From Perkinsus chesapeaki ATCC PRA-425 (lineage: Eukaryota; Protista; Perkinsozoa): DNA of 64,000 bases. The position numbers and the translations under genes were made by a program. Below, piece by piece: positions 21,501 to 30,808 of the stretch; positions within the stretch are counted from its first letter, which is position 1; each line of letters begins with the position of its first letter. Location of the stretch: contig JAAPAO010000051.1 of the NCBI GenBank assembly GCA_013115145.1, forward strand, positions 1-64,000, given 5' to 3'. Below the pieces are notes generated by a model, which had not been told where the DNA came from, ran no database searches, and saw only the letters and a program-made list of their open reading frames with translations.

Positions 21501-23915
21501 CGCCGTAGGGGAATGCATCCTCGAACCAGGAGATAAAGGAGGTACAAATTTGTGCGCAACTCTTGGCAAATCGCTCTAGAGAATCCTCTGTTTCAATCGA
21601 AGCACCACAAGCAGGTGACGTATCCGATTGTATAGCAATCGCAGCATAGTCCAAAAGAGGATAATAGAAGAAGATTACCAACATTAACGATAGGAATAGC
21701 GAGTAAAAGGTACCGCGGCAGATAAAATGGCCCAGGACGGAAAACACTGTTATCAACAAGAGGTGTATGGACACCCCAAGGTAAACTGCCGCACGGGACC
21801 TCGCGACCGACTTCGGCATAAGGCCTCCACCAAGTTCATAGAGTTCGCGGTAACTAGTATCATCCGGTAGAAGCCCGTCTGCGGGTTGTGCTAGAGGTGG
21901 TGGTCGGGCTGTAACCATGGAGAGCAATTCTCTCTTAACGACCTTGCCTGTTACTGGATGCGTGGGTAGCCACGCACTTGGTACGAGAAAATGCATGCAC
22001 TGGGTTGACATCCCCGGCAAACTACTACGTATAGCCGCCAATGCTCTCGGCACGCTGATACGACATGTCTGTCCAAATCTCATAACGGCATGTATTTCAC
22101 CGCCTGGAACTCCGTGATCTACGATCAACATAACTTTACTATCACCACCTAAAGTCTGAGCCATAGCATCTTCTAACATGGATATTTTCGCAAAGGCTCC
22201 ACCGACCTTGATCAGGTCACCCTCACGACCCAGACATTCCACCAGAGATCGGCAGCATCCACCGCTGGAAGCCACGAGCCTGACTACATCCTCTGTTTCG
22301 AACATCGCAGTGTGGACAGTCGTTTCATAATGTGAGGAAGGCACACCATCGCATGTGACAGAATCCGTGTTGGGTAGAGGGCCACTGACATATCCCGGTG
22401 TAACCATTCTCCCACTCATAACCATTGTCCCCGTATCTGTGGATGAACCGAGAGGCTTGGTGCTGACCTCGCATCCAGATACGATCCTGTAACGAACAGG
22501 TGGGGCAATGCCTTTAGGGCTGGTAGGCGTGCGCAAGCAGTAGAGCGATAGCCAATATCTGAGTTACATAGTTTACATCACAAAGGAACACAATAGGACA
22601 ACTACTCGGTTGCCACCAGCAGCTCTATTATCGTTGCACTTGCCCACTTGTTGACTACGGTTTGGGGACAAGCTTCACCCCAAGTAAAAACCAGCTATGC
22701 AAAGCCACCAACTAAAACTGCGAGCTTGCCTCATAACACCTACCAGTTTCTTTTCCCGTATTGTACCACCCCTGCTCCACCACTCTTCTTGAGGAGGAGG
22801 CATGGCTTCCATCAGAGTCGGCACCAGACCAGCTATAACAGTATCATATCTCCCAGACATCATGCTATATTTTATCATATTATACGGCCCCTCGGTAACC
22901 CCCATAGAGCCAAGTTTGGTCTGAGTAGGCGACGATGAGGGAATGATCTGAGAGCATCGATAGCAGGACTCTGAGCTCTGGATAGCAGCCAAGCTACGAG
23001 GGTTCCTCCGAATGCTAAGCAGATATCCACCTGTCCATAGCAACTTGCTGCCCAGTAGACACTGCCTGATAGGGTCGATACAAAGGAGTTTACCAAGCAA
23101 AAGTCTACACTTACTTGAGTTGATCACAGCAGACCTTCCGACTCCTTTCCATGTCGATGGAATAACTTCGCCGTAATTATCCAGTTCATGCATTATCATG
23201 CCTAGAGTGATGCGAACACATTTGCTACTGGCGGTCGAACCTACCAACGAGCACAACACTAGGATGGTGCAGGTGAAAGCAATGGGCTTACCTCCGGTGA
23301 AGTGGAAAGCGGCAGTCTCATCGTCATGGAAACGATGAGCAATGAGGAAGTCATCGTCACATTCCTCGCGGCCGGTAGACGATAGAATAGTCTCGACATC
23401 CACCCGATGACAATCGATGCCCGCATCGGCACCAATTAGTAGGACTGGTTCCAACAGCTGTTGCACTTGCACAGCTCTCGCTTCCTCCTGGTCTCTGGGC
23501 ACCTCAACTCCCCCACTGGTTAGGCTAACTGTTGGTATTCCGGCTAGTAAACACCCCAAGTACCTACATAGCCTTATGGCCTGAGGTGTGTCGAAGCCAC
23601 TTACACTATGTACCAATCTATTCCTCTGGTAAGGCTCAGTGCAACAGTTCTGCGAGAGCTACCACCCTCCGAGTGGAACAAGGAGTTGTTACGTAGATAT
23701 TCGTGAATGTCTACCCCACACTTAACAGCTTTTCTATAGAGTTCATCATACGTTATCTGACCTCGACAAGCCTGAGAGTCTTTGCTGTGCCATATGGATA
23801 CCTGTTTTAGGACATCTCCCTCCTGGCCCATCTCAATGGCTGCGACAGTACTCTTGTCCGATGCAGCATTCCGGAACCAGTCATTAAAGGTGGTTATTGG
23901 AGCTCGGGTACTCAT
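18559..23915 (-). CDS. Single-module NRPS-like enzyme: adenylation - transmembrane insert - carrier (T) - condensation domain
   Basis: A domain: ITYDELYRKA, VALSLTRG, AFHFTGGSTASSKCV, LVPTLM, FTWGEA, FETEDVVR, LGREGDLIKVGG, LPTHPVTGKV. Then hydrophobic helices; T: LAGISSLSTV...TLGDLARKI; C: ALKLLVSRHPVFRS, THLFADG, LAIIAKELQVPTEIVVLAV, FGFFAEY. Exons can be joined in frame with GT-AG introns of 36-51 nt at the junctions I checked. Confidence 0.82.
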
Positions 23916-24129
23916 TCCTGTTTGACTATATGTCAGCCCATCGATATGATTACCGGCATACTATACAGATGCATGCATTCCCGTAGATCCGCGAACGATC
24001 CACAACCGGAAGGGAAACAAACACAAGACGAGTGGGCCTAGAAATGTGATTATTGATATTCGGTTCAGCTAATCAAAATCATCGAGATGAAAATGCATAT
24101 CCCGACTGTAACTATTCCGCGGGAATACC

Positions 24130-24459
24130 TTACCACATCTCCCAGGGCTTGAATCCCCAGACGGCACACTGGTAGGCAAAGTCATTTTGGAACTCGTCAT
24201 CTTCGAAGTCTAAATAACCCACTTCGGCCAGAGCAAACTCTATAGGATCAACCGTGCCATCTTTATTAATCCAGCTTGGACCATTTTCGTTGTCTGGAGC
24301 GGTACCATATCTAGTAACCCTAAGGCCGTCCTTGCTGGTCTTGTCGATGTATCCATCCGTAGAGCAGATACTGCACTCGTGCTTGTCCTCACCGTGATCA
24401 CTAGCCTGAGGTTGTCCTTCGCTCCTTGGAGAAGTCTTCCTCCCAGTGTTGGTTGGCAT
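24130..24459 (-). CDS. Small intronless protein, GFKPWEMW-family copy 1 (109 aa; CxxC in N-terminal part)
   Basis: ORF MPTNTG...GPSWINKDGTVDPIEFALAEVGYLDFEDDEFQNDFAYQCAVWGFKPWEMW*; paralogy with the two neighbours supports coding status. Confidence 0.85.
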   Translation of the reverse strand: MPTNTGRKTSPRSEGQPQASDHGEDKHECSICSTDGYIDKTSKDGLRVTRYGTAPDNENGPSWINKDGTVDPIEFALAEVGYLDFEDDEFQNDFAYQCAVWGFKPWEMW

Positions 24460-24614
24460 TGAGATCAAAGGAAAGAGACCTGCGATGAGCGTAGTCCTCC
24501 TATACCGTCCAACTACAAAACTAAACAAATGTATGTAGTCTTGAAAGCATTAAATGATCCTCATCAAAGAGAATGAACTTGGCCAGGTTACCGGCCAAAG
24601 CATTTCATCAGCAA

Positions 24615-24848
24615 TTACCACATCTCCCAGGGCTTAAATCCATACATAACACACGCTTGTTCGAAATCTTCTTGGAAGTTCTCATCTTCGAAATCGCAGT
24701 GACCAACCTCTTCAATAGCGAATTGAACAGGGTCTACGGTACCATCGTCATTAATCCATCCGATGCCATTGTCCGCTGGCTCTTGGTCATTGCCTTGATT
24801 GTCGGCATATCCCTGATCATTGGCGGCTTGATTATCGTTAGAAGACAT
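24615..24848 (-). CDS. Small intronless protein, GFKPWEMW-family copy 2 (77 aa; acidic N/D/Q-rich N-terminus)
   Basis: ORF MSSNDN...GIGWINDDGTVDPVQFAIEEVGHCDFEDENFQEDFEQACVMYGFKPWEMW*. Confidence 0.85.
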   Translation of the reverse strand: MSSNDNQAANDQGYADNQGNDQEPADNGIGWINDDGTVDPVQFAIEEVGHCDFEDENFQEDFEQACVMYGFKPWEMW

Positions 24849-25156
24849 CGAGAAGGGAGATCGAACGTCCACTGAAATAATTCGAGCTCAAGTAGACGAC
24901 GAAACCGGGATGTTCTCAACAACAGTATCTTATCGGTGAGCGGATGGCTAGAGCTCCCTTGTGTGTTGTGACAGCATGTACATGGAGTGGTCCAAGCTCA
25001 CGCATTCGACTTCAAACGCAACTCAAACGAAACTAGTCAAACTAATCGATAATGGAGTATAACATGAAGTAGTGATGACGCTGACATCGAGGTCAGCCCG
25101 ACAAAGACTACAGCTGCTTTCACAGCCGCCAATGAATTACTGAGTCGCCATCGCGT

Positions 25157-25435
25157 TTAACTGTTGCCACTCCACATCTCCCACGGTTTGAAACCGTACA
25201 TGGCACAGGCATGATTAAACTTCTCATCAAAATGATCGTGACCAGGAGCGAAGTAGCCGACCTCTCTCTGGGCGAACTCGACCGGATCGACAGATCCATC
25301 CTTGTTGAGCCAGCTTGGTCCATAAGATTCTTGCTTACCGCCTCCTCTAGAAGACCCACCATTTCCTCTGGTGGCAGTACCACCGTTACTTTTGCCGCCA
25401 TTTTTACCACTGCTAGACGAGTTACCTTTGGGCAT
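25157..25435 (-). CDS. Small intronless protein, GFKPWEMW-family copy 3 (92 aa; Gly/Ser/Asn/Lys-rich N-terminus)
   Basis: ORF MPKGNSSSSG...GPSWLNKDGSVDPVEFAQREVGYFAPGHDHFDEKFNHACAMYGFKPWEMWSGNS*. Confidence 0.85.
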   Translation of the reverse strand: MPKGNSSSSGKNGGKSNGGTATRGNGGSSRGGGKQESYGPSWLNKDGSVDPVEFAQREVGYFAPGHDHFDEKFNHACAMYGFKPWEMWSGNS

Positions 25436-25873
25436 TGGATACACTGACTTAAAGATGCCGTGTGAACTAAACGAAAATCAATCAGCAAGTGCGGCATCAG
25501 GAATCAAAAGAGAGATTTTTACCAGTGTACGTTCGGCAACGGTTTCATAAATCTTACCTCGTTAGAAATCGATCATCATGGCGGTCGCGTCCGCATTTTT
25601 ATGCCAAACCGGTGATCTGCCGGGATATTTTGCGCTGACAAGTAGGAGCAAGTCGCTCATCTAATTAATAGTTGAGTCATGCTCCTTGCCGAAGGAGTAC
25701 TTATGACACCCTTACCGTAAAACTCGGACTAAAAACTGATAGAACTTACCCATAGTCGGATCTGTCGAGTATGAAACTTCGACCTCACATGGAGCACGAT
25801 CCACTCCGTCGGAAGTATATCTTCCGTCATATAGCTCTCGGGTAACATCTATGAGTACTCAGATGTGGAATGA

Positions 25874-27907
25874 ATGTATAGATTTTGGGCTTTCGTGGGC
25901 AGTTGTCTTACTGTTTTGATGGCTTTTTGGCGAGTCTTCCTTGCATGGTTGTCGGCCATGGTATGTCGTTTTCAAGCCCAAGGCACTGTATCACAACCAA
26001 TGAGGAACTTTCGTTGTCCTTTGACACCGAAGTGGACCCGGGTAACTACACCGGAACCTGGTAATAAACGGGAAATTATCGCAGATCAATTCAGTTTCTG
26101 GAAGACGTTAATACCTATAGCCGCTCAATACAGAATCTAGACTTCACCGCTGCTAAACAAGGGCTTCGTGACAGTCTTTCGCGTGCGCTAGACCCACTTA
26201 ATGAGGTACTGCCGAGAGGTATTTTGCGGGTAAAAAGATAGCACTTAGGCATTCGACTGTTCGATCGGGATAGCATCTGCGTATCGCGTATTGGCTATCG
26301 GCTACGCCGTTGGTGGAGAGGCGTTGGATGGCACTGATAAGTGATAGCTGCAAAATTGAGTAGTAGAGCTAGTGCTTCGACTAGGATTGCAGCGCGGAGG
26401 GCTTACCAGATTGCGTTACGGATGATGCATGTTGGCATGAACTGGTTAACGCATGCCTTCGTGGTTAAGGTAGCGGCCTAGACGGCGTACACATTGCCAG
26501 CTGCTCCTGGTAGGGTAAGAACGATGGTTATTGGATTGATGAGTCTGACTGGCCTATTACCATACAACAAATGAATGATGAGCAGACTGCTATACAGAAT
26601 GCTATATTGAAAAGCGGTCCGCATGGCCACACGCCAACCTGGGAAGTACACCTACTCTGTTTCTAGTTCGTGCGAGTTATCTATTTTTATAGGAGGTACC
26701 GTCGGATTTCCGAGATCATAACATCTCCATAGCGATAGTCACAATGTGCGATTACCCCGAGGGTCATGTGTAAGGCCGATCTCTTGGCTTGGGGTAAATC
26801 TTTTTAGTTTACCTCGTTATTCTCTTTCAAATAAGGAGCTGTATAGTAACAGACATGGCTATACTGTGATCGCAGAGAGCAAGAGGGATGACCCTTCCCG
26901 GCCGCATGCATGGGCCAAGGTACGGGGAGTGCCTTTCACAGTTCAAGCCAGATAATTCGGCAGATATCCTTGATGCTCAAGCACGTCAAGCAACAGACGG
27001 CCGATTGGCTCCTATGGTTCGATTGTGACACATATTTCATGGATTTGTCGAGGACGCTAGATAGTATCCTCTACAAGTAACCTAGTGGGCAAGGTGATTA
27101 TCGGAAGGCTGCTTAGATTTGGATCAGAGGTCTCCAGCGATGGTCGTCGGAGAGTTCGTGATGATTTTCATATGCTTATCCAGGAGGTGAAGGGATGCAT
27201 TGTAGGCAGTAGACCGTGAGTTGATGTCAGGACCATGCGATGCTTAATACGGGGGTATTCTTTGTGCGGACTTCTGATTGGGTGGCGAGCATGCTCACAG
27301 AAGTATATGGTGGATCGACCTCTCCTTGGATAAACCATCCATGGTAGACTGCTCAGTTTGCGCATTTTCGAGTCAGCCTCCTAGGTGGGAGAACGCAGCC
27401 TTCAGCCACTGGTTCCTTGGTTCAAACTACCAGAGGCTTGCTAATGAGAATCATATAGAATTTATGCGAGAGGCGTAATCGGTTCTTGCTTACCACTTAA
27501 GATTATGAGGGCATGTTAGCGCCTCCGATATGGACGGCATTTATCCTGAGAAGGTCATAGTCGCACCTCAAGTAGACTTCAATTCATACCACCCCATTAC
27601 CTCGAGAATCTTCCAGCATGATACCTGGGAGCCTGGTAAACTTTCATAAGGCGCCCATCCTTCGCATGCACGCTTTGATCAGGTAAGTTCGTTCTAGCTT
27701 TCTCAGGAGTTCAACAAGCCTCGTCACCAACAGTGGTGAGCGTGCTATATGGCAACTACTACAGGATAATGTGCCGGATCAATAAAGTAATGATTCGGAA
27801 TATCACAGGCATTACAGCTCTGGAAGGTTGAGGACGATTGTCTACCAGTGGAGGAGCTAGACTTGTTTCCATGGAAAAATGCATCTGGGCCCATGAACGT
27901 GAAGTGA
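25874..27907 (+). CDS. Glycosyltransferase, GT34 (GMA12/MNN10-like) family, type II membrane protein, multi-exon
   Basis: NKELYSNRHGY, RPHAWAK, DWLLWFDCDTYFMD (DxD), MLNTGVFFVRTSDW, WWENAAF, FNSYH; N-terminal signal-anchor MYRFWAFVGSCLTVLMAFWRVFLAW. Linkage of the 5' exons (25874-26700) is less certain. Confidence 0.82.
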
Positions 27908-28023
27908 TAAACATGTTTCATAAGCTGCTCAGGATTTCGCGTTCGAGGGTCTGCCGCTCGGCTGTATATCAACTATGTTGGTGTTAGGATTTATTCTCTC
28001 CACTTTGGGTACTTGAGTGTCAA

Positions 28024-29592
28024 ATGAGTGGGGTTCCCCACGATACTGGTCCCCGACAGCAGAGCGTCGATTCGGCCGCTCTCGGTACTGCAACAGCAAC
28101 TAGCGATACGATTAACATCACCACTGCATCTTCGATGACATCGATAACTTCAAGTTTGTCCTATTCTTCTCCTCGTTCCTCAATAGCCGCTAGCTTGGCG
28201 ACAAGCGGAGGATTGACACGAAGGTCTAGCAGGGTTTCGACTATGGGCGGTTTGAAGCGATCGGCGTCATCAACAGAAGACGCTACCGCTGCCACTATCT
28301 CCGACAGTAAAAGCAAGGTCTTGGATTCTTCCGAAGATGATGTAGCTGCTGCTGAAGGCTCCGTGCCAGAGCCTACTGGAACTATTCTTTCCCTATGGAC
28401 AGTCCTGTCAAAAACTATGATAGGTGTTGGTATGCTTGGTCTTGCTTATTCTGTATCAAGATGTGGATGGGTTATCGGAATACTAGCTATTATTATCAGT
28501 GCTTTAGCGTCTTTATTCACTCTTCACCTGCTTAATCGATGTGCTCTAATGCTTGAGGTGAGGCCAATGAGCTTCTTCGTTATTTCACAAGCATGTTCTC
28601 CCCGTTCCAGATGGGTCGTGGATACCATTCTAGTCATTACAAGCCTTGGGGTTTGTATAGTTTATTTGCAGGTTGTCGGCAATATGCTGGAGCCTCTTAT
28701 ATCTCGTTGGATCCCGATTATTCCTGAGACTATAGGCTCTTTTGCTACACGAGCGATTCTTATTTTGATATGTGTAGCGATTGTCTCACCTGTTTGTTTT
28801 TGGAGGTCAGCAGGTAATACTGCCATCGTAAATATGGTTGGCCTTCTCAGTCTGCTCTATGTTGTTATCATCGGAATTGTTTATAGTGATTGCTCTAAGG
28901 CCGACGAAAACACGACAGTTTGGCCGCCTGCTAACTTCTGGACAGTTATGGGTGTTTTGCCTATCATCATCATGTCCTTTGGATGCCATATGAATGCTTT
29001 TCTTGTTACTGACGATCTCAAGAATCGAACTCAAAAACGGGTCGATATAGTATCTACTGCTGCCATTGCCACAGCCCTCGTTATATTCATACCTGCCATG
29101 GTATTCCCTTATGTAACGTTCGGCTACAACGTCGAAGCTCTCAGTTTACAGAATCTAAGCGTCAACTACGTTGCCGTTCAGATTGGATATTTGGCTCTAG
29201 CAGTATCAGATGTGTGCTCTTTTCCTCTACAAGTCTTCCCCTGTCGGAGATCTCTCACAGTGTTATTAACACGAGGGAAGGAACTTAAGCCTAAGGCGGA
29301 GCTGAAGTTGAGAGTTGTTCTCACTGTGTGTATTGTGCTAATAGCTCTTGTGGTGGCCATTTTCGTGAACTCTCTAGGAGTTACCTTCTCCCTTTTGGGT
29401 CTTATCGGTGGAGATTGTACGAGTTTCATTATGCCATGCTATCTCTACTGTATGCTCACTAAGGACAAAATCAAGGAGGAAGGAAGGGTTACTTGGTACA
29501 CGTCAGCCGTTGTTTTTGTGATCGGTGTTGTTATCTTCCCCATTTGCCTATACGGTATTATCTACACAGATATTCTCCACCCTGGAAGTTGA
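28024..29592 (+). CDS. Amino-acid transporter, AAAP/Aa_trans (SLC38/AVT-like), intronless
   Basis: 522-aa ORF with a Ser-rich N-terminus, LSKTMIGVGMLGLAYSVSRCGW, PIIIMSFGCHMN, SFPLQVFPCRRSL, GLIGG and about 11 hydrophobic segments. Confidence 0.93.
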   Translation: MSGVPHDTGPRQQSVDSAALGTATATSDTINITTASSMTSITSSLSYSSPRSSIAASLATSGGLTRRSSRVSTMGGLKRSASSTEDATAATISDSKSKVLDSSEDDVAAAEGSVPEPTGTILSLWTVLSKTMIGVGMLGLAYSVSRCGWVIGILAIIISALASLFTLHLLNRCALMLEVRPMSFFVISQACSPRSRWVVDTILVITSLGVCIVYLQVVGNMLEPLISRWIPIIPETIGSFATRAILILICVAIVSPVCFWRSAGNTAIVNMVGLLSLLYVVIIGIVYSDCSKADENTTVWPPANFWTVMGVLPIIIMSFGCHMNAFLVTDDLKNRTQKRVDIVSTAAIATALVIFIPAMVFPYVTFGYNVEALSLQNLSVNYVAVQIGYLALAVSDVCSFPLQVFPCRRSLTVLLTRGKELKPKAELKLRVVLTVCIVLIALVVAIFVNSLGVTFSLLGLIGGDCTSFIMPCYLYCMLTKDKIKEEGRVTWYTSAVVFVIGVVIFPICLYGIIYTDILHPGS

Positions 29593-29697
29593 TGATGATT
29601 TTACCAGATAGCATTGGGGTTTGCTACCATATCGCGCATCTATTGACACTATCGTGAACTTGTAACCTAGGCCGCCTCGTTTGCGGTGCAGCGCACT

Positions 29698-30700
29698 TTA
29701 GTTGGAGAAGTTGCTGTTAGCTGTTCCCATTTGCGGTTGTTCTACTGAAACTATACTTGCTGGACATCAGTCTCGATTTCTGGTCCGCAGTTTACAGTTG
29801 GTTATCATTATCCTACGGTTTCCTGTTACCATCTTAGAGTGTAGTGTTCAGTTTTGTGAGCACCTCACGTCCCGATTGTTTAGACTATTAGAGTACTCAA
29901 TTCAAATGCTTCTATTATTCTACGTCCACCGCTCTTGTACGGTTCGCATACAATGCTTAGTATAGTCGTAACTCGATTGCTCTCGCTTGTGGCGTGCCGT
30001 TTTGTTCCTTTTCATGGTTCGTCGGATTCTCTGTTCTAACTTATCCGCCAATATTCCAAATTGGCTTGGAACATCTCGGACTACTCCATTCTCACGATAA
30101 AATCTTAACTCCGAATTCTCGTCCCCGTTGTCGTCTGATTTCTAGATACAAATAAGTTCTTGCGCAACCACGAATATTATCTTACATTTCGATTGATACA
30201 TTCCCGTAATAACCGTTCAGCTTCATGTATGCTGTGAGCCGATCCCTCGCAGGTGTCTATAGTACATTCTAACGTGATATTTATTTCTCAACAAATCTAC
30301 CTCGCCAGTCCATTGCATGCTCTTGGCTCACTCCTAATCGGTCAAAATAGTCCCTCATGGTCCCTTCTAGCGCCTGGACGATGTCGACTGCATTAGCCGT
30401 ATCATGTTCGTTCTCTGCTGCTGCACTGTCATGTCCGTTGTTCTACAATACAAATAGATTGGCACCCGCGTCGGCTTGACTTACCGCCTTTTCACTCGCC
30501 GTCTGTTCTATGGCAACCTCGCTCGCATTGTCGTCGCTTTCTCTATTCCGTCCCACTGAATCTGTTTCCCCGCGAGGACTTGATACCGGTTTCTGTTCGC
30601 CGTCATTTTGTTGGCTCGTTTCGGTGTCTTCGCCTTAATGAGTGTTTCAATGAGTTTATAAGCGATTCAGATTAGTACCTTCGTGCTCCGTGTCTATCAT
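29698..30700 (-). CDS. Hypothetical acidic/low-complexity protein, multi-exon
   Basis: MIDTEHE-GEDTETSQQNDGEQK...ASEKA-NNGHDSAAAENE...MRDYFDRL joined by strong gtaagt/ttgtag introns; the 3' part is poorly resolved. Confidence 0.5.
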
Positions 30701-30808
30701 AATCGAAAGTAGAAGATGCAGCGTTGAAGGAAATAGTGCTGCTCGAAACGTGCGTAAATTATTCCTGTCAAATTGTTCAGTTTTTAATTATCCTTCACTA
30801 AGTTCGTT

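Noticed and set aside
25500-25930. Possible extra minus-strand gene or fourth peptide paralogue (DGVD...EV.Y...C..Y.F) with gtaag donors
   Set aside because: No start codon, similarity too weak, no WEMW end, and it conflicts with the GT34 first exon on the plus strand.
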